The position numbers and the translations under genes were made by a program. Below are positions 1 to 13,801 of a stretch of DNA of 64,000 nucleotides, in pieces. Positions within the stretch are counted from its first letter, which is position 1, and each line of letters begins with the position of its first letter. Below the pieces are notes generated by a model. That model saw only the letters and a list, made by a program, of their open reading frames with translations. It did no database searches and was not told the DNA's origin. Source of the DNA: Lama guanicoe (lineage: Eukaryota); contig MU053472.1 in assembly GCA_013239625.1 (NCBI GenBank), positions 1,240,001 to 1,304,000 of the forward strand, written 5' to 3'.

Positions 1-161
1 TAACAAAAATATTTTCATTATATAACTATTTCTGAGAAACAGGGTGCTGTGGTAATGATTACATTAAAATGGGACATGCTATTACTTAGTAACAATGTAT
101 TTCAGGTGTCAAGAGATTTCAACTATGATGAAAAAGACACAGATTGAAACTATAAACTTAC

Positions 162-223
162 CTAATAATTTGTCCCTCCTCTTCTGGAGTAGCTGGTCTT
201 AAACCCAGAACTATATGACACAC
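162..223 (-). CDS. USP32: USP32 coding exon (human exon 11 equivalent), VCHIVLGLRPATPEEEGQIIR
   Basis: Manual translation matches recalled USP32; TAG acceptor and GTAAGT donor; 62 nt; phase 0 start fits previous exon. Confidence 0.95.
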
Positions 224-779
224 CTAGAGATAAAAATGGTAAATTTAACTTCACTGATTGGTGTCAAATGATAGACATAGAATACTTCACATTCTCTATA
301 TGAAATCCACTTTCTAGATGGGAGCTGGTATTAGCAATAGCTCTCAACTGAATGAATTATCAATGATTCACTTTAGCAAATTTGAACTTTAAACTTAAAT
401 TTTTCTTTCTTTAAACAAACCATCTCAATGGAGGCCGATTTCCAAATTTCTATGTAAGATAGAAAAAAAGAGAGAGAGATAAAGGAAGAAAGGAAGCAAG
501 CAAGCAAGTACCACTTTGCAGAATATTTCATTAACATTACATATTTTAATATATCTCATGCAGAGAATATTTTCTTTCCTGAAATCTGAAGATTGAGGAG
601 AAAGGTAAAGGGGAGACGAAAAGGATATAGGAGATGAAGCATAAAGGTGGCATTTCAATTTGAACAGCTATAAGAAAAACATTATTGCCACTAAGGCTAA
701 TTATGCTTTTTAAGGCTCATTTTCTCAATTTATTTGGCTTCTCTAAATATCATCACAAAAGATGTGATTTCCCCCCCAA

Positions 780-2850
780 TATTTTATCCTGAAACTTTTC
801 AAAAATACAGAAAAGTTGAAAGAATTTTATACTGAAAACCGATACCCATTACCTACTTCTAACATTAACATTTTATTATACTTAATCTATCCATCCCTCA
901 ATTCATCCATTAATCCATCTTAATTTTTGCATGCATTTCAATGTAAATTACAGATATTAGTACAGCTCTCTGTAAATATATCAGCATGCCTGTTTACAGT
1001 TTTGTTTACCTTTTAAGTTAAAATTTACCTGACAATGAAATACATAAGTTAGGTTTTTGAGATTCATCCATGTATCAGTAGTTCATTCTTTTTTATTGTT
1101 GAGTGATATTCCATTGTTTGAATATACTATCTTTTGTTTTATCCACTCTCCTACTGATAAAAACTTGGGCTTTGGATATCTTTTTTTGCAAGCAAACATT
1201 TTTTAAAGTGCAAATATAATACACATGCTTAAACGTGAACAAATCTTAAGCGTACAGTTCAGTGACTTTTCACAAAGTACACACACCTATGTAACCTACA
1301 TCCAGTCAAGAAACAGAACATTGTTGTTCCACTTTGGGTTCTTCCCAGATACTGCTGCACTCCTTTGATGTATTCACCATCCTAAATTCTACCACCATGG
1401 TTGGTTTTGTTTGCTTTTGAAATTTTTGGTCCAGTATTTTTTACTCAATATTATGTAAGATTCATCCACTTGTGTTGACTGTAGCACTAGTGCATTTATT
1501 TTTATTGCTTTAAAGTATACCATTTGTATGCATGTGCTTCCACTTACGTTAATGTATTTATTTATTGTTGATAGGTGTTTGGGTCATTTTCTGTTTGGGA
1601 CTATTACAAATAGTGATTACAAGAATTTGCTGCATGTTTTTTGGTGCTCAGATATACAAGTTTCTGATGGGTACACACATGGGTTAGACTTGCTGGGTAA
1701 TAGGGTATACATATGTTAAACTTTAATTTAAAAAAGCCCATTTCCAAAGTATTTGTAAGAATTTATATTCCCACTGGCAATGTGTACGAGTTGTCCTCAC
1801 TAATGCTTCATATCACTTAACAACTAACTATTCTAGTGATATCTAATGGTATTCCAAGTGTGGTTTTAATACGTATTTCCATTATTACTAAACAGGTTAG
1901 CCCCTTTCCATAGCTATTTGGATATTCTCTTTTATGAAGCACCTGTTCAAGTTTTTTGCACATTTTAATATTAAGGTTCTGCCTTTTTCTCATTGGTTTT
2001 TGTTCTTTATATGCCCTAGATACAAGTCTTTTGTTGGAAACAGGTATAGCAAATATATTCTCCCATTGTATGGCTTTTTTTTTCACTTTCTTAATGGTAT
2101 CTCTTGATAAAAAGAATTCCTAATTTTACTGAAGTCCAACTTAAAATTCTTCTTTTATGTTTAGTGCTATGTCCTGTTTAAGAACACTTTGCCACTTCAA
2201 AGTCATTAAAATACCTCTTACACTATTTTCTAGATGCTTTATTTATTTTGAGGGGAAGATTAGGTTTATTTATTTATTTTAATGGAGGTACTGGGAATTG
2301 AACCCAGGACCTCATGCATGCTAAGTACACATTCCACCTGAGCTATACCTTCCCCCAGACACTTAATTTTTTGTTTCAAATTTATTAGATTTATAATCTA
2401 TCTAAAACTACTTTTCATGTATGGTACAGGGTAGGAATAATGACGCACATGTTCCCCGTATGAATACTAATTGACCCAGTACCATTTATTGGAAAGACCA
2501 TCTCTTCTCATCTGCAATGCAATGTTATAAATCAAGTGATCACATCTATGTAGGTCTGTTTAATTCAATATTGTTCCATTGGTCTATATGTCTAGCTTTA
2601 TGCAGTTATCACATAGTCTTAATATTGTTTTATAATAAGTCCTTTAGCATTCTTCTTTAATATCATCTTGGCTACTGCTGGCCCTTCACATTTCTCTATG
2701 TATTTAGAATCAGCTTACCAAGTTCTACAAAAACAACAAAAACAACAATTAACATTTTGGGATTTTGATTTTGAGTAAACAAATCTTTAAATCAATTGAA
2801 GGGGAACTAACATCTGTTGAGCCCTCCAATCCATAAATATGGATTATCTC
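780..2850 (-). mobile_element. Old L1 (L1M-type) fragments including degenerate ORF2 3' region
   Basis: ORF 1817..2086 resembles L1 ORF2 C-terminus (QWENIFA..SNKRLVSRAYKE); typical L1 3' motifs; boundaries approximate. Confidence 0.75.
2240..2356 (-). mobile_element. tRNA-derived SINE, Vic-1-like
   Basis: Reverse complement has GGGGAAGGTATAGCTCAG A-box and GGTTCAATTCC B-box, same family as the other copies. Confidence 0.85.
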
Positions 2851-2857
2851 CCCTATA

Positions 2858-3365
2858 CTGTTTTTTTTAATCACTGCTGTAACAAATTATCACACATTTT
2901 GCAGCTTAAAACAACACAAACTTATTATTTTATAGTTCTGTAGGTCAAGTCAGGAACAGGTATCACTAGGCTAAAAATCAAGATGTCAGCAGGGCTGTGT
3001 TCCCTACTGTAGGTCAAAGGAAGAATACATTCCCTTGTCTTCTCCAGCTACTACGAGTTCACCCACATTCCTTTGCCCATGGCCCCTTCCTCCATCTTCA
3101 AAGCCGACAACTTTGCACCTTTCTAACCCTTCTTCCAACATGATCTCTTTCTCTCTGACTACAGCTGGGAAAGATTTTCCACTTTTAAGAACTCCTGTTA
3201 TTAGACTGGGCCCATGTAGATAATCCAGGCTAATCTACCTGCCTCAGAGTCCTTAACCTGATATGTCGGCAAAATCCCCTTTGCCATGTAAAATTACATA
3301 TTCACAGGTTCCAGGATTAGAGCGTGGACATGGGTTGGGGGCAGGGTGCACTATTCTGTTTACCA
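2858..3365 (-). mobile_element. MaLR LTR (MLT1-like)
   Basis: CTGCTGTAACAAATTATCAC...AAAATCAAGATGTCAGCAGGGCTG...TTCACAGGTTCCAGGATTAG motifs. Confidence 0.75.
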
Positions 3366-3768
3366 AACTGTTCAACATTTGATACTTTCTGACAAATGTA
3401 CAAGATAGAAGATCTCACTCATGTTTAGCATGCTTCCTCTGCAAAATATTGGGCACTGAGTTTATTAAAGAGGATTGAAAATCATGATATTACCACAGGA
3501 ATGGTTTCCTAACTTTACTGACACTTACTTATGTTATACTTAAATACCCAAAACAGCTAGCCAAGAGTGGGATCTTGGCAAGTTAAATAAAAGCAGAATT
3601 CAAGTTTTTATCACTGAATTTACCAGCTAACTCTATTTTAAGAAACAGATAGAAAATAAAACAACTTAGAATAACAGTCTGCTTACTTACATATAAAGTG
3701 AACATAAAGTTTTAAAACCATGTCCAAATACAGGATAAAGTGAGCATCGTAAAATGTAATGTTAAAAT

Positions 3769-3970
3769 TTAGTATCTGCAAATCTCGAACTCCCAATTTA
3801 TAAACAAGTTCATACTGTATAGCACAGGGAACTATATTCAGTATCTTGTAGTAACTTATGGTGAAAAATATGAAAATGAATATATGTATGTTCATATTTG
3901 ACTGAAGCATTATGCTGTACACCAGAAATTGATACAACATTGTAAACTGACTATATTTCAATAAAAAAAT
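3769..3970 (+). mobile_element. Young L1 3' end with an inverted 5' segment
   Basis: 3800-3970 is a sense L1 3'UTR ending CAATAAAAAA; 3769-3799 is the antisense of the upstream L1 segment seen intact at 55845-55877. Confidence 0.8.
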
Positions 3971-4699
3971 ATATTTGCATATACCCCCAAAATTGGATCG
4001 ATATCCAATGAAAAAGATCTTTCAGTTTTTCATAATAAAAACCTGGAAACACTGACACACAAAAGCAAATCATGTTTGTTTATGAATTAGTCATAGAAAA
4101 ATAGTGCCACCGCAAGTCCCTGATAAGCATGAGAAAACAGGAAAGGCAAGATACAAATTCAAAATGCTTTGCTATGTAAGAGCTACAAGATGACTCAGAT
4201 ACAAACTTAAGTGGTCAAAATGTTTATACAATGAATGACGACTTAAAGTAACTGAGTATATTATTTTAAATGAGATAAAAATAGCTACTCAATTTTCATA
4301 TTACCAAGCAAGTCATTTCGGTTTATAGTAGTGAGTTATATTATTTTTATATGTATTTATATTTTACAAAGCCATCAACTTAAATCCTAGCTGACAACTG
4401 ATAGTGGAGCAACTGATTTAAATGGATATCACAGGCTTATCAGATGTCATATGCTTTAAATATACATTAATTAGTTATCAGCTGTCAGGAAGAGCTCAGT
4501 TTCCATTTATTCTAACATAGCTTTGTTGCAGACAGATTATTCTTTATTTACAATGGAGGATCATGATAATATAAAGATACCAAACCTTACTGATCAACAT
4601 AGGGGTGCTTTTATAAGAAAAGGAAAATAAAATACGGAAAACCTAAAATACTACTATTTTTTTTTCCAGTGTTCTAACAGTTTTATCTTTATTGATTTA

Positions 4700-4945
4700 T
4701 TTATTTTTAAATTGAGTTCTAGTCAGTTTAAAATGCCATCTCAATTTAGGGTGTAGAGCAGTTTTTTAGTCATACATGAATATACATTCATTTTCACATT
4801 CCTTTTCACCGTGAGCTACTACAAGATCTTCAATATATTTCTCTGTGCTACACAGTATAAACTTGTTTATCTATTCTATATATACCTGTCAGTATCTATA
4901 AATCTCGAACTCCCAGTCTGTCCCTACCCACCCCTCCCCCCCCGT
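4700..4945 (-). mobile_element. Young L1 3' end
   Basis: Same family motifs as 17590, 29650 and 41250 copies (GTGAGCTACTACAAGATCT, TCTCGAACTCCCAGTC). Confidence 0.75.
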
Positions 4946-5625
4946 AAAATACTATTACTAAATCAACTTATATATTTATGAAGAACTATGAAAAATGGGA
5001 AACTATAAGTTGTTTCTTAAAATTGGAGCAAAGAGAATGACTTTAACTGGGAAAAATAGTTAAAACCTGGCAAGCTCTATGACTTCATATTCACCCTTTG
5101 CAGCTTTTCTTTTCCCCTTTCTCCTCCTATGTTTTTTGGACCTTCTAAAGAATTTAAAAAAAAAAAAAGAAAGAAGGGAAGAAAACTAAGAAACAGCCTT
5201 GCATCTAAGATAATCTCCTGACTGGAAAGACCGTATACTTTGTGAGAAGTTTACAGCTGCCGACTTACGATCCGAGTCTCTGTTCACACTGCCTTACTTG
5301 TTAGAAAGGGTCTTTAAAAAAGACAACAGTGAAGAAAAATAGCAAATTGTAATGGCTTTTACATTTTAAATTATTTTCTATGTGTCTACATTCCGCTCTA
5401 TCATGAGTTATAAGATAAACATAATCAGCTATACTCTACTTTCCTATCTCTCACATCATGATTCTGAGAAGCACGCATGCTCTAACTTACCATCATACAG
5501 GTTAATGTAGTTCTTTTGATAATATATGGTTTTGTAGCCTAGTTGTAACAACTACTGCGTAATGGAAAAGATGTAGAACTACTGGTACCACTGCCCTCAG
5601 TACCTGTCATTTACCTTAAACATAC

Positions 5626-5709
5626 CTGGAAAAGCAGATTCAAAAACTCATTGGCAAGAACATTTTTCACACTCCAGATCTGATAGTCTTCTAGAGTAAG
5701 ATGGCCCAT
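5626..5709 (-). CDS. USP32: USP32 coding exon (exon 10 equivalent), MGHLTLEDYQIWSVKNVLANEFLNLLFQ
   Basis: Manual translation; CAG acceptor, GTATGT donor; 84 nt. Confidence 0.95.
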
Positions 5710-7934
5710 CTGAAGGAGAAACAGTATTTAAAAAGATCTTATATCTTCATTTTCTTATAGCATTTGAATAAAATCTGGTTTATTAAACTATAACGGTCAT
5801 TTGTCTGAAAGAAAACTAACAATTTAACGTAAATGCTATGTGTTCATTTGAAAAGCAGGCCAGCAAGAATAAGTTTAAAAGTAACCAAATTCTGTTGAAG
5901 TAGTCAAGGGTAATGTGGACAATTTATCACCAAAAAATCTCTCTCATCCAATAAGACCCGAAAAATAACTCACAACATCTTCTGGTTCAAGGTGAAAGTT
6001 AATAACAGAACCCACAAAAGGTCCTGGGAAGAGAAAATGGACTATTTACTAATTTTGAAAGCATTTTTCCAAACTCTCTGGATTATGTCCTTTGATCCTA
6101 ACAATTTTCTAAGATCTTCTTTAAAACATCTGGCAATATTATTAGACTTCCTAGAGATTTAAAAGAACTAAGTATATATAATAAATGAGTATCTATATTA
6201 CATTTCTTCAAAATAAAATTTAACATTGCTTTCATAAGTTGAGTATACCAATATTTTTTTTAGTGTCAAAGTGTACCAAAAATTACATTTACATATGGAA
6301 GACAATATTTCTTGTCAGGCAAAAATATAACCAAACGCTTCTTACTTCATGTTTCCAACAATCACCTTAACAATCCTAGATGAATAACAATGTTTTTTAG
6401 CTTTTATTTAATTATATTTGTATTATCTAATGATTTATTATTTAATGATATAATTCAACATTTATTATTAATCATATTGATGTATTCATTCAATATATAA
6501 TAATCATTTATGATAAGAAAAGATTTTAAAGCACTGTGATTGTAACTATTGGCTTTCATGATGCAACTTCAAGTATATTAATACCAATCTAAAGGTACAA
6601 AATAATGGGTAACATTGTCACAATCTAGTCACCCATGAATATGGGTAATAGGTTTGGTTGAAAGGTCCAAATTCTAAATTGTTACCATTTCATTATTATG
6701 GTTACATGGAGATGGAGCAGCTAAATGTTCTTTTTTTAATGTTTGAAAGCATAGCCAGAAGTAGAAACTTGATCTTACATAACATAGACAGCAATGATAC
6801 CTCCATACTTCTCAAACACCCAGAAAAAAGGTGCTGGAAACTGTATCTCTACATGAGGCAGTTTCTAACAGAAACTTTCCCATGTTTCTGTTTCGTGTAT
6901 ACCAAATAGAATTGGATATCTTAGTTTGGGGCAGAAAGGTAAATGAAGATGATTATCTGAATTACCAAACAAAGCTCAAGCCTTGTAAAACTCATTTCTA
7001 TTATTTATTTCTATTGAGTGTCAGTTAATAAGACTATGATGATTTCTTCTGGATTCGTGATTGAAGAAAAAAAAAATGTTACTTATTTTTCTAAGCCTGT
7101 ATAACTCTACCATGGTCTATATCCTACTGTCTGCTACTTGGTATATGTCAATGTTTGAATAGAAAGGCTCAAATTAACTCAAATATGTCTCACATATATG
7201 GATTATCTTCAGTTTCACAGGGACACGCAGACATCACAGCAAACCTATTATAATATCCTTAACTAATAAATGTTGTCAACTAAAAAGTTCATGGATTTAT
7301 TCTTTGTAAAGTATATGCTTATTTCTGCTATTATATGCTTATTCTGGCTGCTACTAAAGAACTTAGGACAGAACCTCATCAATATTACTGAAAAAAAAAG
7401 TTTAAAGAATAGATACACCACTCAGATTGGGATAAAAAAATCATTTCCATCATCCCAGATATCCTATGGTCTTTCCCAGTTAAACCACCCATTCCCCAAA
7501 TCACTACTGTAACACTTACTAACATTTGTTATTCTGTCCCTGTTTTAGAACTTCATATAAATTGTACAGTGTGTTCTTTTTTTCTTTGGCTTCTTTTGCT
7601 CAATATAAGGTTAGTCTTACCACAGTGTATTAAAATGGGAGAAGTAAAGATTATAAACTACAGACGGCAAGGGCTGTGTCTACTTAATTTTTACAAAATG
7701 CCTAGCTTATAAAATATAATAAATGTTTTATGTAAATAACACTTAATGGAGTTGTTTAAAGATGGAATGGGCTTTCTTTAGAGACAACTTGGAGGTATTG
7801 TAACCACAGGTCCATATAAGCATTTAGCAGGGATGATGAAGAAGAGATTCAAATATGTATATGTAAGGCATATATACCAATTCAGAGTATAAGGCATTTT
7901 TAGAAAAGAATAAATTAGTCTCAGCTAGACTCAC

Positions 7935-7997
7935 CTTTGTGGTGTCATGTGCATTCAATATGCCTTCTACAATGTCAGATAGATCCATATGTAATTC
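7935..7997 (-). CDS. USP32: USP32 coding exon (exon 9 equivalent), ELHMDLSDIVEGILNAHDTTK
   Basis: Manual translation; AAG acceptor, GTGAGT donor; 63 nt. Confidence 0.95.
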
Positions 7998-8381
7998 CTT
8001 TAAAAACAGAAATTCAAATCAGTAGTTAGGAAAGAGTAGGAATCATTTTTATTAGCCAGTAGCTGAAGTATAAAATATTTTTGGTCAAGTATTTTTTTTT
8101 TAAACTACCATAAATAGATTGCTTATTTGCTTTAAAAATTTAAGACAATTTTCCTGTGGCTTTTTTTTTTTTTTTTTTTACATAATACATTCCGTTTATT
8201 AAATTTTCTAAGGCAAATTCCCTTTCCAGTTTTGCACCTTTGGCTATAAATATTTTGAGTAGCATAATATAGCAACTAGAAGTAGTAACAAGCCTTTTTC
8301 TCAACCTCTTTTAAAAAATTCTTCACTCTACTTTCCTGTTGGAGGTTTACATGCAACAAAATGTACACAATCAGACTTTAC

Positions 8382-8497
8382 CGGGATTTCATCGGTGCGG
8401 TTGTCCTTCCAGACCTCTAAAAGTGCAACCACCATGTCTCTCAGTTCAACCCTAGAGAGAACTCCATCACGGTCAACGTCAAATACCTTGAAACAAA
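8382..8497 (-). CDS. USP32: USP32 coding exon (exon 8 equivalent), (F)CFKVFDVDRDGVLSRVELRDMVVALLEVWKDNRTDEIP; EF-hand loop DVDRDGVLSRVE
   Basis: Manual translation; TAG acceptor, GTAAAG donor; 116 nt; canonical EF-hand loop. Confidence 0.96.
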
Positions 8498-8925
8498 CTA
8501 AAGAAAAGAAACTCTTATGGAGGAAAATTACTTTTAAATTCTGAAGTATAATGCATTTTATTAGAAGCTGCCCTACTAAAATTACTTAGCTCCTCAAACA
8601 GCTGAATTTTGGATTAAGTTCTCATTTGGAGCAGACTATGTCATGAAAGTCCTTTGAACTTGTAGGACTTCCTGCACACTTCATAAGTCTCTTTCCCTGT
8701 ATCATTAGCCAGGTTGGAGAACTCTATCCTTCACCTAAATCTAAGGTTAAATTTCTTGCAAACTGAAAAAGAAGGACCAAGTTAATATACAATGTCTCAC
8801 AGATTTTGAAGAGGTAATTCAAGCCTTTAAATTAATTTCTAATATTTAAAACAGCTCACTTCAGAGTTGATTCTTACAATGCTGAAAATATTCCACTTAC
8901 ATTAAGGATCAACAAAATACTGGTA

Positions 8926-9251
8926 CAGTCAGCCCTCTGTACCCATTGGTTCTGCATTCACAGGTATGAACAACCACAAAATAAAAAATAAAAATATCCA
9001 TATAAAATATTTTCCTAGAAAGTTCTCAAAAGCAAAACTTGAATTTGCTACTCACTGACAACTATTTACATATCATTTACATTGTATTTACAACTAATTA
9101 CATTGTGTTAGGTGTTATAAGTAACCTAGAGATGATTTAAAGTGTGTAAGAGAATGTGCACAGGTTATATGCAAATACTATGCCATTTTACATAAGACTT
9201 GAGCATCCATGGATTTGGAACCAATCCTAAGCAGATAATGAGGGATGACTG
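8926..9251. mobile_element. MER2-like Tigger MITE
   Basis: TA-flanked terminal inverted repeats CAGTCAGCCCTC ... GAGGGATGACTG. Confidence 0.8.
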
Positions 9252-10335
9252 TATAAAGATTTTTGCCTCTCCAATGTAATTCATGTGCACTCCAATACTT
9301 TTGCCAAAGAACAATTTCAAGTCTTCAATGAAGTTTACATATAACAAGCTAAGAATCAGAAATATCAGCCGTTTGCTAATTAGCTCATTTGCTAGTTAGT
9401 CTAGTTGGTTAACTTCCATTAGTCCACCGGCAAAAAAGAAATTTAAAAAAATTTTAAGGCTATAATAATAATCCTCAATTGAGAAACAAAGATTTCAGCC
9501 TCTTTAATATCAGAACTGTAATGTGAACAAATAATCTATCATAAAGCCAGGTTAGAGTAATGGTATACTATTAGGGAAGAAAAAAGAAATCTAAATTTTT
9601 AAGATTAAATAATTATCTACTTCATACACCCCCATAATAATTATCCTATAAAATTAACTGAGTGCATCACAGTACAACATTACTAAAGGATATCAAAATA
9701 TTAAATATCATACCCAAAATATGCAATATTTGTGAAGCTGTATTTTAGAAAGATGCAGAGATAATAACCCTAGTGAATATATTAAAATTAGGTTCCAATT
9801 AAATGTAAACTGTTGCATTTTCTCAAATATGGTTAAGATTCATTAATATAATTCTTATAAATTATGCTATAACATTTTAGCTAGGTTTAAAATACTATTT
9901 TAATATTTAATAAAATTGTGCTTTGATCATAAATTTAATTTTGCTAATAAAATATCAATATATATGTGACAGAAAACAAGTTGGAATTCAAGTTAAGCAA
10001 GACACAAAATATTCTATGTAGACTACCAGAAAATATTTTCTGTATGCTTAATATTTTCAAACACATCATGACTGATGTAGTTCATTTATCATGAATTGTA
10101 CATTCATCTGGAAAATCAACATCATTAATAACCAAATCCCAAATTACTTTACAGTAAAAGAGAACAGTTGATTGACTCCTCACACTAACCTCAGAAAAAA
10201 CCTCAACAAGAGATTGCTATTTGCCAAAGTGATGAAAATTCAAGCCATTTTAATCAGATGATTTTTACATGAATGAATGGTAATGTTTTTCTCTGTATAG
10301 TTTGCAAGTTTTGTGACAATGTTTAACACACTTAC

Positions 10336-10443
10336 ATTTTTGTCTCTCAGCCAGGGGTCCTCTGCAACAGGCTGATAACCCACAGGATATCTCCTTAAAA
10401 TCTATGTGATTGTCACGATTTTCATCAAAGGCATTAAATAAAC
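10336..10443 (-). CDS. USP32: USP32 coding exon (exon 7 equivalent), (G)LFNAFDENRDNHIDFKEISCGLSACCRGPLAERQK; EF-hand loop DENRDNHIDFKE
   Basis: Inside ORF 10265..10543; CAG acceptor, GTAAGT donor; 108 nt. Confidence 0.96.
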
Positions 10444-11912
10444 CTGTAAAATAGGAAAAGACAGCATAAATCACAACCAACAAACTTCCTGTTAATAATG
10501 ACACGTTTATGAAAGGAGACATGACTCCTGTAAACTGATCCACTGTCTCAGGAAGTGTTTCTTTTTTTTTTTCCTGGCATAATTATAACTAAAATTTAAC
10601 TTCCGAGAAGAAAATACTGTCATTTAGGGTTTGTTCTTGTTTGCCTACCTGTCTCTATCTTATATAAACTCCAAAAGCCAAAAATGATTGTAGTATGTAA
10701 AAAATAAAACTATATTTTAAAAACTTAACTGAAAAAAAGTCAGAGGCCACAATCATCCTTCTTTGGAAAGACTGAGAAGAAAAAGGAAAAAAGAAGAAGA
10801 AAAATTGAACTGTCTATCAAAGATATACTGTGTTGTTATTAATAAGCTTCATACAGCTCCTCCATGAAGCAAAGAAAAATAACACATTATATTATGAGAG
10901 AGAGAAATTCTGTACTGCAGTCTTCACTGTACTACTTAATCTGTATAAATAAATATTTCAAGTTTTAGAAATAAAGGGCAACTTATAATCTAATCCTGTG
11001 GTTTCCAAACTTTTTGTAAAAAATAGAAATGGAATAATTTTGCTTTCAAATTAAATGATTTCTCAATCTCCAATTCTAAAAAGGTAAAACCACAACTGCA
11101 CTGTGAAGTAAGTGGAAGCCCTCTCCTGGCTCCCCTAACAAGTATTCTGAAACACACTAGAAATCTGAAGAATACAGACTGTCTATTTCAAGAATCTAAT
11201 TCTGTGCCCTCAGTTTAAAGAGCAGAAAATTAAAGCTAAGAAGTAGTTAAATGACTTGCTAAAAGTAAGAGAAGTTTTTTAAAAAAGTTCTGAGCCAGAA
11301 ACAGAACCCAAGCATTCAGATTTCAAATATAGTTTTTGTGACATCATCCACAACTATGCTTTGTAAACCTCATTAAAAAAAAAAAGGTTATAGCAGTGAA
11401 AAGTTTAGAGCTAAGTGGGGACCTTAGAGATGGTCTAGTCCAATGGCTTCTTAATTTTTTAAGGGTGGGGGAAGGATGCAGCAGTGGAACCTTCTTATAT
11501 ATAAAAGCAAAACAGTAGACACTCCTCAGCTGAGGAAGAGGTGGGGTCATGTGCGGTAGCCCAGAGCTTTGCCTAGTCAGTGTCCACCACCCTGATCCCT
11601 GCACAGACGCTGAGGCACCGCGCTGGAGCACAGTGTCATAACGAATGTCTTCGTCAAACTCATTTTATATTTGAGAATATTCAGGTGCAGAAAGGTAAAC
11701 AACTTACGCAAGGCTCCAAAGGTAGAACAGGAATCTCAAGACTATAGTCTTAATTCTCAATTCAGTTTTTCTGCACTAAACTACACTATCTACAAGAAAC
11801 TTGTAAATCTGTAATGCTATGGCCTTTAAGAGTTAAGGTGTATTGGTTAGAAATCAGATACGGGCTCGTGTGTTTAGCAAAGAACATTTGTAGAAAATAG
11901 AATGATTCCTAC

Positions 11913-12044
11913 CTTCACTCAGAGATGGACGAATTGGGGGTGAAACCAATGGGCCAAATGTCTCTAAGTCAAATCGTCCAGTTCGGGATTGAGCCTTCAG
12001 CAACCAATAGCGTTTCTCCAGATCAATGATGTCTGATTCCTCCA
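11913..12044 (-). CDS. USP32: USP32 coding exon (exon 6 equivalent), (L)EESDIIDLEKRYWLLKAQSRTGRFDLETFGPLVSPPIRPSLSE
   Basis: Inside ORF 11854..12051; CAG acceptor, GTAGGA donor; 132 nt. Confidence 0.96.
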
Positions 12045-13497
12045 CTGACAATCAAATCAAATAAGATTATAAAACCTCACTCTTCCTTTCTGGGCAATTA
12101 GTTAGTTTATCCTGATAATGCAACTTCTAAAGATACATTTTAATTTCCCAGCTAAGACGTTAAAAAAATTACCTAAAACAAAAACTCTGAAAGACATTAT
12201 ATCTAAAGTGGCATGAAAATTAAATTCAAATTTACATAAAAGAGGCTTTAAAATGGGAAACAATTTTTGCAATTTCCCATTAAGCAGGCTGTTTAAGTCC
12301 AACATGTAAAATAATAAACAACCGAGACATTGCTCTTCGGCTTCCCACACCACTTTTATCTGTACTCGTTTTTGGTAATTTTAATCTCCAGCTTGGATTT
12401 TAAAATTCTATATACGTAGTCTCTCCTGGCTACACAGTAAACACTCTAATAGCAGAATCCATGTCTGATTCATCCTGTCGCTATGGTAACCACTTACACA
12501 TTTAATACTTATTAAATAAAAAGAATATGATAAAATGTTATAAGTAATAAAGTCAGTAAGTGAGAGAGAAGGTAGAATAGGATTTATAATGCGATATGTA
12601 ACAGGGGCATCATGAAAACATGAACATCATTTTCTCCTTAATCATCAGAAGATATATTTCTTTTAAAAATCACAGATAAGCTCCAACTATGGTTACATTT
12701 TATATGTGCTTTTTTTTCCCCTCTAAGGAACTGAAGGAAAGTTTAGAAAACAAACAAGGTGAGTCCTTCCATTGCCTTGGCTTTCTGCTTGTAGTCTCTT
12801 TCCACACCTTGGCAAGGAATGAGGAACCTAAGCCACGAGATTTCACTGAGTTAAGAAGAGAAGCCATAGTTCAGGGAGGTTGAGGCCGCTGAAATTTGCA
12901 GGGCAGAGTACTAGAGTAAAAAGAGTTATATAGAGAAAGAGCTCCAGAAATATGCATAGGAGTCTTGTTGAGTTTTGGCAGCATACTAAGCCACGTGTGC
13001 ATATGGTGAAATTCACTGAGGCTGGGCTAGGAGATGCCTAAGTTCTCAACAACCAGAGTGGAGATACCTTGGTGGGTTTTTTTTTTTTTTGGTATATAAA
13101 TATTTTTATTGAAGTATAGTCAGTTTACAATGTTATGTCAACCTTTATGAACACTGGGAACATTCACAGACTCAGAGGGTCACACTTAATTAGTAGGGGA
13201 AGAACTAACTCTGGAGTAAAGGCTACTCCAGACTTGCCCCAACAAAGCTTAAAAAAAAAATCTTTGAAAATATCAAGCTGATCCACAGATAACTGCCTAT
13301 CAAAAAAAGCAAACTTCCTATTTTAAAAGAGGCTAACAAAATCTAATTAGCCATTTAACATTTACAGTGTCTAGCATACAAAAATAACAAGCGGGATAGA
13401 AATAACAGACATGAAACCACGACTATATTGAGAAAAGAAATGGAAACTATTTTTTTTTTTAAGTAGCAAATGGAACTATTAGGAACGAAGAAACATA

Positions 13498-13801
13498 CAA
13501 TTATTCTTCAGTATCCATGGAGGATTGGTTCCAGGACCCCGAAGGATACCAAAATCTGAGAATGCTCGTCTCCTATACAAAAGGGCACACAGTATTTGCA
13601 TATAACCTATATTTGCACATCCTCCTGCATACTTTAAATAATCTCTAGATTACTTATAATACTATGTAAATAGTTGCCAGTGCATGGCAAATTCAAGTTG
13701 CGCTTTTTGACACTTTCTGGAAAACATTTTTTTCCAGTATTTTTGATCCACGGTTGGTTGAATTTGTGGATGTGAAACCCGTGAATATGGAAGGCCAACT
13801 G
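13498..13801. mobile_element. MER2-like Tigger MITE nested in an old L1 5'/ORF1 remnant
   Basis: GGATTGGTTCCAGGACCCC, TTTGCATATAACCTA, GGAAGGCCAACTG; reverse orientation to the 8926 copy. Confidence 0.8.

Noticed and set aside
10265..12051. ORF-track entries 10265..10543 and 11854..12051 as standalone genes
   Set aside because: They are USP32 exons extended into intron sequence
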